A stretch of 40,560 bases of DNA, from the NCBI GenBank assembly GCA_043756885.1, contig JAYUQF010000146.1, forward strand, positions 1 through 40,560. Direction: 5' to 3'. Every line of letters begins with the position of its first letter. Position 1 is the first letter of the stretch. The notes beneath the pieces were generated by a model. It worked only from the letters and a program-made list of their open reading frames with translations. It was not told the DNA's origin and ran no database searches. This document shows, in pieces, positions 17,012 to 25,110 of this stretch. This DNA is from Pseudomonadota bacterium. GTDB taxonomy: Bacteria > Pseudomonadota > Gammaproteobacteria > Ga0077536. The position numbers and the translations under genes were made by a program.

Positions 17012-18157
17012 TCACCACGCCGCTTCGAGCAGCTCCAATACCACCGGTGGCCCACTGATGGGGCGCGGATTGGTTTTAACCCACAGGTCATGCATGGCTT
17101 CCTCCGCAATACGCGGCAGGAGTTCGCGCGGCACGTTGGCATCGCGTAAGCGGCCCGGCAATCCGAGGTCAGCAACCAGTTGCGCGACGATGTCAGCCGC
17201 GGCCGTCGCGGGCGCACCCATGGCCTGGGCCAACAACTGCTGACGCTCGCGGGTGACATCCAGGTTGTAACGCAGGACGTGGGGCAACATTACACAGGAC
17301 GTTTCGCCATGGGGCATACCGGCGGTACCACCCAGGACGTGGCCAATGCCATGACTGGCGCCGAGATCAACCATGGTTGATACGCCCTGGATCGATAACC
17401 ACGAACCGAGCTGACATTGCAGACGCATGTCGAGATCCTGAGGGTCTTTCAAACAACCGCGCAGGCCGGCGGGCAGTAGTCGCAGCGCATGGAGTGAAGT
17501 CGCTTCAACCGGTGGTGTGACGTTGATCGAGCACCATGATTCCACTGCGTGATCAACCGCGCGTATGCCAGTCGAAAACCATAAACGTGGTGGTGTGGCC
17601 AAGGTCAGCGCCGGATCGAGTATCACGACATCGGGTGCGAGATCGGGGTGCACATAAAGTTCTTTGCGCGGCCCGCGTTCGTCGGTGACACCGGCAAAGT
17701 GGGTGAACTCCCCGGCCGACAGCGTGGTTGGGATCATGATGTAGGGCAGCAGTGGGCCGGGTGCGGTTGATGGCACCCGCAGGGCGTCGAGATCAGCGGC
17801 GCTTTGCACGTTGTTGGTCAGGCACTGGGTCGCGACCTTGCTTGCATCACATACCGAGCCGCCGCCAAAACCGACGACCGCGTCGGCATTGTGTTTGCGC
17901 AAGGCCGCCAGGATGCGCATCACATCACCGCGCGGAGAATGTGCGCCGATGCCGGTGACAACTTCCAGACATCGAGCGCCGAGCGCGGCCTGAACCACTG
18001 CTGCCAATGCGCCGGGCGCAGACAGGCTGTTGGTGGTCACCAGTACCACACGGCTCGCACCGAGCTTGTCCAACTCCGCTGGCAGCGACTGCGCGATAGG
18101 TTTGCCGTAAACCACCGATTGCCGCGGCGGCGGTGTGAATTGTCCGGATAATGTCAT
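17012..18157 (-). CDS. iron-containing alcohol dehydrogenase family protein (maleylacetate reductase-like)
   Basis: 381 aa with a GGGGGAG Shine-Dalgarno sequence. Fe-ADH fold motifs GFGGGSVCDASK and HGIGHVLGG. Confidence 0.8.
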   Translation of the reverse strand: MTLSGQFTPPPRQSVVYGKPIAQSLPAELDKLGASRVVLVTTNSLSAPGALAAVVQAALGARCLEVVTGIGAHSPRGDVMRILAALRKHNADAVVGFGGGSVCDASKVATQCLTNNVQSAADLDALRVPSTAPGPLLPYIMIPTTLSAGEFTHFAGVTDERGPRKELYVHPDLAPDVVILDPALTLATPPRLWFSTGIRAVDHAVESWCSINVTPPVEATSLHALRLLPAGLRGCLKDPQDLDMRLQCQLGSWLSIQGVSTMVDLGASHGIGHVLGGTAGMPHGETSCVMLPHVLRYNLDVTRERQQLLAQAMGAPATAAADIVAQLVADLGLPGRLRDANVPRELLPRIAEEAMHDLWVKTNPRPISGPPVVLELLEAAW

Positions 18158-18359
18158 GGTGGATCTCCCCCTGATGCTATTGCGCGATGCTTGTTAGTGT
18201 ACCCGCAGCGTCGACCCTCTCGCCTTGCACACGTTGTGCGGGTTTAACTCTGACCGGTCCTCATTTAAGTATCGTTCCGGTGTAGTAGCGTTTTTGTCGA
18301 ATGGCGGGCGCGAGCGTCTGGCGTTTATCATCACGCGCTCAGTTCACGAGGCCCCCAAC

Positions 18360-20270
18360 ATGACCAACGACCAGGCCCGACACGAAGCGCAGGCATTCAG
18401 CGACGCTATCGCCCTTGCCAATATTCCGAGCCTGCTCATGATGCTGGTGCAGCTGAGCGGCGATCTGCATTGGTTGGAGGAGCCCTATCGTCCGACCCGG
18501 GCGCGCGGCGCAACCGATCATGACGACGGCGGCCTGGCCCCCGCGGAGCAGACCATCGTGCGGCGCGCCGCACTGGACGCGATCCTGGCGTGGCGTGCGG
18601 GTCGGCCGCCAGCGATCGCCGAGCCCGACACGGCCTTGCGGCAAAAAATGCTGAGCGTGGCGATGGGTGAAGACATTCCGGCGGACTACGACGGCATCAT
18701 TGCTGCGGAACTACCGCTGGCTGCCCACGAGCAGCAGCAGGCCATGCAAGTGCCCGACGGCTTTCAGGCGGTGATCATCGGTGCTGGTGTGTCAGGAATA
18801 TGTGCGGCTATCCATTTTCAACGCGCCGGCATTCCCTTCGTTATTCTTGAAAAGAGCGCCGCACTCGGTGGCATCTGGCGTGACAACCGTTATCCCGGTG
18901 CCGGCGTTGATACACCCAATCATCTGTATTCTTATACCTTCGCACCCTACGACTGGACGATGTATTTCGCCCTGCGTGACGAACTCGAAACCTATCTGAC
19001 GCATGTCGCGACAAAATTCGACCTGCATCGCCATATCCGTTTTAACACCACCGTCGACGCCGCCGATTACGACGTGCAGGCACAACGCTGGCGGCTTACG
19101 GTGCGTGAAGCCGATGGCGCGGCCAGCCGGCGTAACGCTGATCTGTTGATCAGCGCGGTCGGCATCTTCAACCCGATCAAGATGCCGGACATCAAGGGCC
19201 TGGCAAGTTTCAGCGGGCCGCGTTTCCACACGGCCGAATGGCCCAAGGACATCGATTTACGCGGCAAACGTGTTGCCATCATTGGCAATGGCGCGAGCTG
19301 CATGCAGACCGCGCCCGAAATTCAACACCAGGTTGAATCGCTCACCATCTTTCAACGTTCGCCCCACTGGGTCGCGCCCAATACCCAGTTCCGTAAAGCA
19401 ATCCCCGAGCCCCTGCGTTTTCTGCTGAAAGAAGTGCCGCTCTATCGTGCCTGGTATCGACTGCGTCTGGGCTGGACCTATGGTGATCAGGTTTTCAACG
19501 CGCTCCAGAAAGACCCGAATTGGGCGCACCCCGAGCGCTCGCTGAACAAAGCCAACGATTCCCATCGCGGCTTTTTTACCCAGTATGTCGTCTCGGAACT
19601 TGGCGACCGGCAAGACCTGCTCGCTAAGGTCCTGCCCCAATACCCGCCCTTCGGCAAACGCATGCTGATGGACAACGGTTGGTATCGCATGCTGCGCAAT
19701 CCTAAAGTCACTTTGATCGACAATCCCATCACCGAGATCACAGCCACGGGCGTGGTGAGCGCCGATGGTCAGCAGCACCCGGCCGATGTTTTGATCATCG
19801 CCACCGGTTTCGATGTTTTGCGCTTTATCACGGCCTTTGAGGCGCGTGGCCGCAGCGGCCGCAGTCTGCGTGAGACCTGGGGTGACGACGACGCCAAAGC
19901 CTACCTCGGTACTGCGATGCCGGACTTCCCGAATTTTTTCTGTCTGTACGGCCCCAATCTGCAAGCGGGCCACGGTGGCAGTTTGATTTTCATGATTGAA
20001 ATGCAGATGCGTTTCATCATGGACGCGGTCAAACAGATGCTTGAGCGTAATCTCGGCGCTATTGAAATCCGTCAGGACGTGCACGACGCGTACAACGCTG
20101 ACATCGATCGCGCCCACGCCAATATGGTGTGGACCCATCCAGGCATGAGCACCTACTACCGCAATTCGCGCGGTCGTATCGTGGTCAATTCACCGTATCG
20201 CAATGCGCGCTTTTTTGAGATGTCGAAGCACGCGAATATCGAGGATTTTGTGGTTGAAGCGCGGCGCTGA
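18360..20270 (+). CDS. type I Baeyer-Villiger (flavin-containing) monooxygenase with a ~140-aa N-terminal extension, HAPMO-like
   Basis: ORF 18225..20270 trimmed to the ATG at 18360. FAD motif GAGVSGICAA, BVMO fingerprint FSGPRFHTAEWP, NADPH motif VAIIGNGASCMQ. Confidence 0.88.
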   Translation: MTNDQARHEAQAFSDAIALANIPSLLMMLVQLSGDLHWLEEPYRPTRARGATDHDDGGLAPAEQTIVRRAALDAILAWRAGRPPAIAEPDTALRQKMLSVAMGEDIPADYDGIIAAELPLAAHEQQQAMQVPDGFQAVIIGAGVSGICAAIHFQRAGIPFVILEKSAALGGIWRDNRYPGAGVDTPNHLYSYTFAPYDWTMYFALRDELETYLTHVATKFDLHRHIRFNTTVDAADYDVQAQRWRLTVREADGAASRRNADLLISAVGIFNPIKMPDIKGLASFSGPRFHTAEWPKDIDLRGKRVAIIGNGASCMQTAPEIQHQVESLTIFQRSPHWVAPNTQFRKAIPEPLRFLLKEVPLYRAWYRLRLGWTYGDQVFNALQKDPNWAHPERSLNKANDSHRGFFTQYVVSELGDRQDLLAKVLPQYPPFGKRMLMDNGWYRMLRNPKVTLIDNPITEITATGVVSADGQQHPADVLIIATGFDVLRFITAFEARGRSGRSLRETWGDDDAKAYLGTAMPDFPNFFCLYGPNLQAGHGGSLIFMIEMQMRFIMDAVKQMLERNLGAIEIRQDVHDAYNADIDRAHANMVWTHPGMSTYYRNSRGRIVVNSPYRNARFFEMSKHANIEDFVVEARR

Positions 20271-20286
20271 AACGCGGAGCGTTTCA

Positions 20287-20374
20287 AGAAACTGGGGTCA
20301 AGAAACTGGGGTCAGATGAAACTTTTCGCTGCCCGCAGAAAGCTTCATCTGACCCCAATTTCTCACCAATTTCT
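20287..20374. repeat. palindromic GGGGTCAGATGAA-type repeat element (MITE/REP-like hairpin)
   Basis: AGAAACTGGGGTCA occurs twice in tandem (20287-20300, 20301-20314). 25-nt arms AGAAACTGGGGTCAGATGAAACTTT (20301-20325) and AAAGCTTCATCTGACCCCAATTTCT (20339-20363) have 2 mismatches. The same family occurs at 22641-22803. Confidence 0.85.
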
Positions 20375-20865
20375 CATTCCCAGTCCGGTGGCAAGCCCAT
20401 CACATCCGGACGCGGCAGGCCTTGCTCGCGGCAAGCCCGCAGATAAGCGCGCGCGATGTCCATGGCGCTGGTTGCGCCTTCGATCTCGCCCGTGGCACCG
20501 AGTTCGATATTGGAGCCGTGCACGATGAATATAACGTCGGCTGGCTCGGGGCTGTCCTCGGGCACATGCAGGGTATGTTTTGAGCCCGCCGGCTCGTATA
20601 GATAAGAATTGGCGTGGCTGCTTTGTGGATACTCCAGGTAGTGCCAGGTGCCCGCCACCGTCCAGGCAAAAACATGGCCGGTATGGATGTGAGTACGCAG
20701 CTTGAGCCCCGGCGCCAGCCTCGCCCGTGTGACCCGCACGTTGTGGTCAAAATCGACCTGCAGCAGCTGGAGCGCCACGCCGGGGCCAATCTCGACCATC
20801 GGGAGATCGCTCTCTTGCCGCAGGATGGCCGCCGGTATCGCGCTGCTGTCGTGACTCATGAGCAT
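20374..20865 (-). CDS. ChrR-like cupin domain protein (possibly 2,4'-dihydroxyacetophenone dioxygenase family)
   Basis: 163 aa. Cupin metal motif THIHTGHVFAWTVAG...EPAGSKHTLH, with no N-terminal anti-sigma domain. The specific family name is from memory. Confidence 0.65.
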   Translation of the reverse strand: MLMSHDSSAIPAAILRQESDLPMVEIGPGVALQLLQVDFDHNVRVTRARLAPGLKLRTHIHTGHVFAWTVAGTWHYLEYPQSSHANSYLYEPAGSKHTLHVPEDSPEPADVIFIVHGSNIELGATGEIEGATSAMDIARAYLRACREQGLPRPDVMGLPPDWE

Positions 20866-21067
20866 AGTGTTTTCCTCGTCTATGTGGTGCGTCGTCGCGC
20901 TGTTGGACTATAGCCGCTTTATTTGCAGGGACGCGACCCCGCCCAAGATGGGCTTCAAGCGTAGTGTGCGGTCAGGTCTGCTTACGCTGGGCGAAGTGCC
21001 AATGGCTGTTCGCACGGACCAGGGACTTCGCGCATCATTGGGTGAACTCTGCAGCAAGGTGGCACCT

Positions 21068-21466
21068 ATGGATCTGTCTATTGTCGGCACTTGGCGACTT
21101 GTGCGTGTCGAAGCACGTGATGGTGAGGGTCTGCCGTTGGCAGCGCCCTACGGCGGCGCGAAGGCGATGGGTCGACTGAGCTTCAACGCCGATGGGCGCA
21201 TGATGGCGGTGTTGTGCGATGGACGTCCTGTGCTGCCCGATGGCGCCGCGCGGGAATACAACTCGTATTGTGGCAATTATTTTTTCGATGGCAGACAACT
21301 GACGACCATTGTCGATGCCGCCGCAACCGGCATCGCGATGGGCTCAAAGCAGGTGCGAGACGTCAGCCGCGAAGGCGACCTGCTGGTACTGCGCCCTCCG
21401 CAACGCCAACACGCACAATCGATTGAGCAGCGAATTCTGTACTGGGAAAAGATCGCCGAGCAGTGA
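21068..21466 (+). CDS. lipocalin-like domain protein
   Basis: ORF 20858..21466 trimmed to the ATG at 21068 (AAGGTGG Shine-Dalgarno sequence). The start MDLSIVGTWRLVRVEARDGEG...YCGNYFFDG is typical of the lipocalin-like (Lipocalin_5-type) family. Confidence 0.65.
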   Translation: MDLSIVGTWRLVRVEARDGEGLPLAAPYGGAKAMGRLSFNADGRMMAVLCDGRPVLPDGAAREYNSYCGNYFFDGRQLTTIVDAAATGIAMGSKQVRDVSREGDLLVLRPPQRQHAQSIEQRILYWEKIAEQ

Positions 21467-21657
21467 GCAGGGCGGCGCGGATGTTTTGCCGCCTACGCAA
21501 AACACCCGAGCTATCCAACATATAGCGCTGCGTTCGACGTGCGCTTCAAACAGGCGAACTGTGATCTGCGTCGTTATGCTCGCTGCTGGATTTTGTAAGC
21601 AATAATCGGTTTCGCAAATTCGAACACCGACACCTACCCATCGGGAGACTCTCATCC

Positions 21658-22539
21658 ATGTCAACACTGGCCGGTAAACGCATTGTCATCACGGGTTCTT
21701 CGCGCGGCTTAGGTCGCGGCTTTGCGCTTGAAATGGCCAAGGCCGGCGCGCGGGTGGTCATCAATGGCACGAATGCCGAAGCGCTGGGCGCAACCGCAAG
21801 CGCTATCGGTGCTGCCGGTGGTGAGGTTGTCAGCGTGCTGGGCTCAGTAGCCGACTCGGCCCTATGCAGCAAATTGATCCAGACCTGCGTAGACAGTTAT
21901 GGCGGCATCGATGTGTTGATCAATAACGCCGGCCAAGTGCGCGACCGCACTTTATTCAAAATGAGTGATGATGATTTTGATGACGTTATCGCGGTGCATC
22001 TGCGCGGTACCTTCATGTGTTCTCGCCAGGCGGCACTTGTGATGCGTGAACAAGGCGCTGGCCATATCGTTAATGTGGTCTCTTCGTCGGGTCTGGCCGG
22101 TGGTTTTGGTCAGAGCAATTATGCCGCCGCCAAAGCGGGCATGATGGGCCTGTTATATACCTGGGTGATGGAACTCGCGCGTTATGGCATTCGCTGCAAT
22201 GCCTTCTGGCCCATCGCGCAAACCGATATGACGCAAGTGGTCTTTGCGCGCGCCAAACAGGATGCCAGCGCCAAGGGCCGCGCTGCACCGACACCCGCCG
22301 CGCTTGGTTTTGGCACGCCAGCGGAAGTGGCACAAGGCATGATCTGGCTGGCGAGTGACGCCGCCGCAAAATTCAACGGCCAGTGTTTTACGTTTAATGG
22401 CCGCAAGACCGCCTTATGGAGTCACCCGACCGAAGTGATAGAAAGCTTCAAAACCGCGCCATGGAGCGTGGCAGAGCTGACGACGTTTTATGCTGCGGTT
22501 GAGCCCGTGCCGGCCTATCAACCTCGTTTTGTCGAATAG
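21658..22539 (+). CDS. SDR-family oxidoreductase with C-terminal extension (MFE-2 dehydrogenase-like)
   Basis: TGSSRGLGRG cofactor motif and catalytic YAAAKAG. A ~40-aa tail follows FNGQCFTFNG. GGGAGA Shine-Dalgarno sequence. Confidence 0.88.
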   Translation: MSTLAGKRIVITGSSRGLGRGFALEMAKAGARVVINGTNAEALGATASAIGAAGGEVVSVLGSVADSALCSKLIQTCVDSYGGIDVLINNAGQVRDRTLFKMSDDDFDDVIAVHLRGTFMCSRQAALVMREQGAGHIVNVVSSSGLAGGFGQSNYAAAKAGMMGLLYTWVMELARYGIRCNAFWPIAQTDMTQVVFARAKQDASAKGRAAPTPAALGFGTPAEVAQGMIWLASDAAAKFNGQCFTFNGRKTALWSHPTEVIESFKTAPWSVAELTTFYAAVEPVPAYQPRFVE

Positions 22540-22558
22540 ACACTAGCAGCGCTGAGCG

Positions 22559-23123
22559 TCAGCTCAGGATCACCGGCGGTGGCAGCGGCTCGAAGCCGAG
22601 CAGCATGCGGCCGGCCGATTCGATTTGATTCACCGCGACGGCAGAAACTGGGGTCAGATGAAACTTTTGGCTCTCAGTTTCTTCATTTAGCAGAAACTGG
22701 GGTCAGATGAAACTTTTGGCTCTCAGTTTCTTCATTTCGCTCTGCCCGCAGAAAGCTTCATCTGACCCCACTTTCTAGGTGAACATCTGACCCCAGTTTC
22801 TCCAAGATGGTTTCGACCGAAGCCGGCGCGAGTGGCGAGGTGAACAAAGTATTGACGTTGCCGATAAAAGCACACCAGCCGGTCGAGCCGTCGAGCGCCG
22901 CGATCGCCTCCAGGCGTTGTGCAAATGCGAGTGGTTCGAGTTGCGAGCCACCGAGTGAACGTGGCAGGTACAACTTGAACAGGCCAGCCTCAATCAAGGC
23001 CCGCACGATGGGCTGTGGCAGACGCCGCTCGGCTTCAGCGGCATCGGCATCGGCATGGGCCGCGATGACGGGCGCAAGCGCGGCGATGTCTGAGAGATGC
23101 TGGGCTAAACGTGCTGTGGTCAT
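22559..23123 (-). pseudogene. acyl-CoA dehydrogenase-family gene remnant; the central ~250 codons are replaced by a repeat block
   Basis: 107 N-terminal codons (23123-22803: MTTARLAQHLSDIAALAPVIAAH...LYLPRSLGG...STGWCAFIGNV...SVETIL) end exactly at the repeat edge. In another frame, 22642-22559 encodes AVAVNQIESAGRMLLGFEPLPPPVILS*, which looks like the family's extreme C-terminus. Confidence 0.7.
22641..22803. repeat. nested palindromic repeat block (two direct 49-bp units plus two inverted right arms), same family as 20287-20374
   Basis: Units GCAGAAACTGGGGTCAGATGAAACTTTTGGCTCTCAGTTTCTTCATTT(A/C) at 22641-22689 and 22690-22738. Right arms AAAGCTTCATCTGACCCCACTTTCT (22752-22776) and CATCTGACCCCAGTTTCT (22784-22801). 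Confidence 0.9.
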
Positions 23124-23274
23124 GGCGCAGGTGTCTGTCTGCTTGATGCCAGAGCGCATGATGCAAGCTGGACGGGCGGACAGGCAATATGGTGCCACGC
23201 CACTGCGACGGCGCTGACCATAAAACCGGCGCCTGCATTATGATTGTGTTCCCAATAACCTGCGGGAGATATCC

Positions 23275-24459
23275 ATGAGCCAGTCCCTGCGCCTCAGCGC
23301 CGACGCGATCCTTCAGCACACCATCAGCCGCGCTGGCGGCGCACCGGGGGTTGTGGCGATGGCCTGCGACCGCAACGGCAATATTTATGAAGGCGCGGCG
23401 GGTGTACGCGAGCTCGGTGGCAGTGTCGCCATGACGACCGACTCCGTCATGCTGCTCGCTTCCTGCACCAAGGCGCTCACCGGTACGGCCCTTATGCAGC
23501 TAGTCGAGGAGGGCAAGCTGACGCTGGAAGATGAAGCGCGGCGCTATGTGCCCGAGATTGATGCGATCCAGGTGTTGGATGGTTTCGAAGCCAACGGCGA
23601 GGCGCGCCTGCGCAAACCGCGCAGCGCCATCACCCTCAGCCAGCTGATGCTGCATACCGCCGGGTTCTGTTACGACTTTTTCAGCGCTGATCTGTTGCGT
23701 TATCGCACGGAGCGCAATATCCCCTCAATCCTCGCCTGTCAATTTGCCGCGGTGCAGGACGTGCTTCTGCACGATCCGGGTGAGCGTTGGACCTACGGCA
23801 ATAACATCGATTGGATCGGTCGGGTGGTCGAGGTATTGCGTGGCAAACGTCTGGGCGAGGTTTTGCGCGAGCGGGTATTCACACCCTTGGCGATGCAGGA
23901 CATCGGCTTCACCATGACACCAGGCATGCGCGCGCGTCTGGTCAGTATTCATCAGCGCTCGGCCGATGGCCAATTGACCGTCCATCCTGAAATTGTATTG
24001 CCACAACCGCCCGATATGGATATGGGCGGCCACGGTTTGTATGCAACTATCGGCGAATACATGAAATTTATCCGCATGATTCTGAACGATGGTGTGGGCG
24101 CAGAAGGCCGCGTATTAAAAGCAGAAACGGTGGCGCGTATGGCAGCCAACGGCCTGGGCAACTTAAAGAGTGGTGCATGGACTACGTCCAATCCGGCGCT
24201 CGCCAACAGCGGCGACTTTTTTCCGGGCTTGAGTAAGTCCTGGTCCTATACTTTTCAGGTGAACGACGAAGTTGCGCCAACCGGCCGCGCGGCCGGTGCA
24301 TTAGCCTGGGCCGGCCTTGCGAATACGTTTTTCTGGATCGACAGGCAGCACGGTGTTGGTGGCATGTGGGGCACGCAGATCCTGCCGTTCCAGGATGTCG
24401 GTTCTTATCCGGGCTTTGTTGACTTTGAGACCGCGGTATACCGCACTGTGCGCCGCTGA
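23275..24459 (+). CDS. serine hydrolase, beta-lactamase/family VIII esterase-like
   Basis: S-x-x-K motif LLASCTKALTG, a Tyr motif WTYGNN, and a C-terminal AWAGLANTFFWID. GGGAGA Shine-Dalgarno sequence. Confidence 0.85.
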   Translation: MSQSLRLSADAILQHTISRAGGAPGVVAMACDRNGNIYEGAAGVRELGGSVAMTTDSVMLLASCTKALTGTALMQLVEEGKLTLEDEARRYVPEIDAIQVLDGFEANGEARLRKPRSAITLSQLMLHTAGFCYDFFSADLLRYRTERNIPSILACQFAAVQDVLLHDPGERWTYGNNIDWIGRVVEVLRGKRLGEVLRERVFTPLAMQDIGFTMTPGMRARLVSIHQRSADGQLTVHPEIVLPQPPDMDMGGHGLYATIGEYMKFIRMILNDGVGAEGRVLKAETVARMAANGLGNLKSGAWTTSNPALANSGDFFPGLSKSWSYTFQVNDEVAPTGRAAGALAWAGLANTFFWIDRQHGVGGMWGTQILPFQDVGSYPGFVDFETAVYRTVRR

Positions 24460-24509
24460 ACTTGGAACCTAAGCTCGTAAATCTGAATTACTGCGCAAGA
24501 GACGGAACG

Positions 24510-25019
24510 ATGAAACGATACCTCAGCATTGCATTACTGGTTGCTACCGGCAGTGGTGGCGCCATGGCACAAAGCACGACAGGCGCAGTCGCCTCGAAAA
24601 ACCGCGACTCATCGGCGGCATTTGTCGCCACTCAAAATTTTATCGTTGGCCGTCTGGGCCGCGATTGTCTGACCGAAATCGGGCGCAGTGAAACACCGCT
24701 TGAATTTCAGACAAAATGGCAAAATGACAATGCCAAGTACTACGGTGCGGCAAGCAAATACATGGAAGCGCGGCTGGCCGAAATCGGGGACCCGCAAGAG
24801 CGGGATGCAGTTGCGGGCTCGTATTACGCGTCGGTGCAGAAAACTGCCGAAGCGGCTGTTAGTCGTCAATTTAGCAGCGGGTCTAAAAATGACGTATGTA
24901 AATACGCCATGACGCTGATCGACACCGGCAGCATGAATATTGAAGAGTTTGCCAAAGCTAACAAGCTGCCGATCATGCAGGACCTCGAAGAACTGGTCAC
25001 ATGGTCTAAGCCCAAATGA
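24510..25019 (+). CDS. exported hypothetical protein
   Basis: ORF 24462..25019 trimmed to the ATG at 24510. Signal peptide MKRYLSIALLVATGSGGAMAQ. AT-richer than its surroundings. I recognise no family. Confidence 0.6.
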   Translation: MKRYLSIALLVATGSGGAMAQSTTGAVASKNRDSSAAFVATQNFIVGRLGRDCLTEIGRSETPLEFQTKWQNDNAKYYGAASKYMEARLAEIGDPQERDAVAGSYYASVQKTAEAAVSRQFSSGSKNDVCKYAMTLIDTGSMNIEEFAKANKLPIMQDLEELVTWSKPK

Positions 25020-25110
25020 AAATATCGCAGGGCTGCAGCGATACCGCGCACGCGTGAAGTTTTAGGGCGCGATCGAACTCATCTCACCGCGTGAGCGCGA
25101 TGCTGGGCCG

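Noticed and set aside
19257-20138. A 293-aa minus-strand ORF inside the BVMO gene
   Set aside because: It is antisense to a gene with an intact BVMO fingerprint and both Rossmann motifs, and it has no recognisable domain. It is a shadow ORF.
22641-22738. Two identical-length 49-bp direct repeats, considered as a possible mini CRISPR array
   Set aside because: There are only two units and they abut directly with no spacer. They are internally palindromic and are followed by inverted copies of the same arm. No cas genes are present. The structure fits a MITE/REP-like element, not CRISPR.
20287-22803. The 2.5-kb segment bracketed by the two GGGGTCAGATGAA-type repeat loci, considered as a composite mobile cassette
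   Set aside because: The C-terminal stub of the disrupted ACAD gene lies inside the bracketed segment, and no transposase is present. The repeats look like independent insertions with a local deletion, not the ends of one mobile unit. I keep it only as a low-probability alternative.
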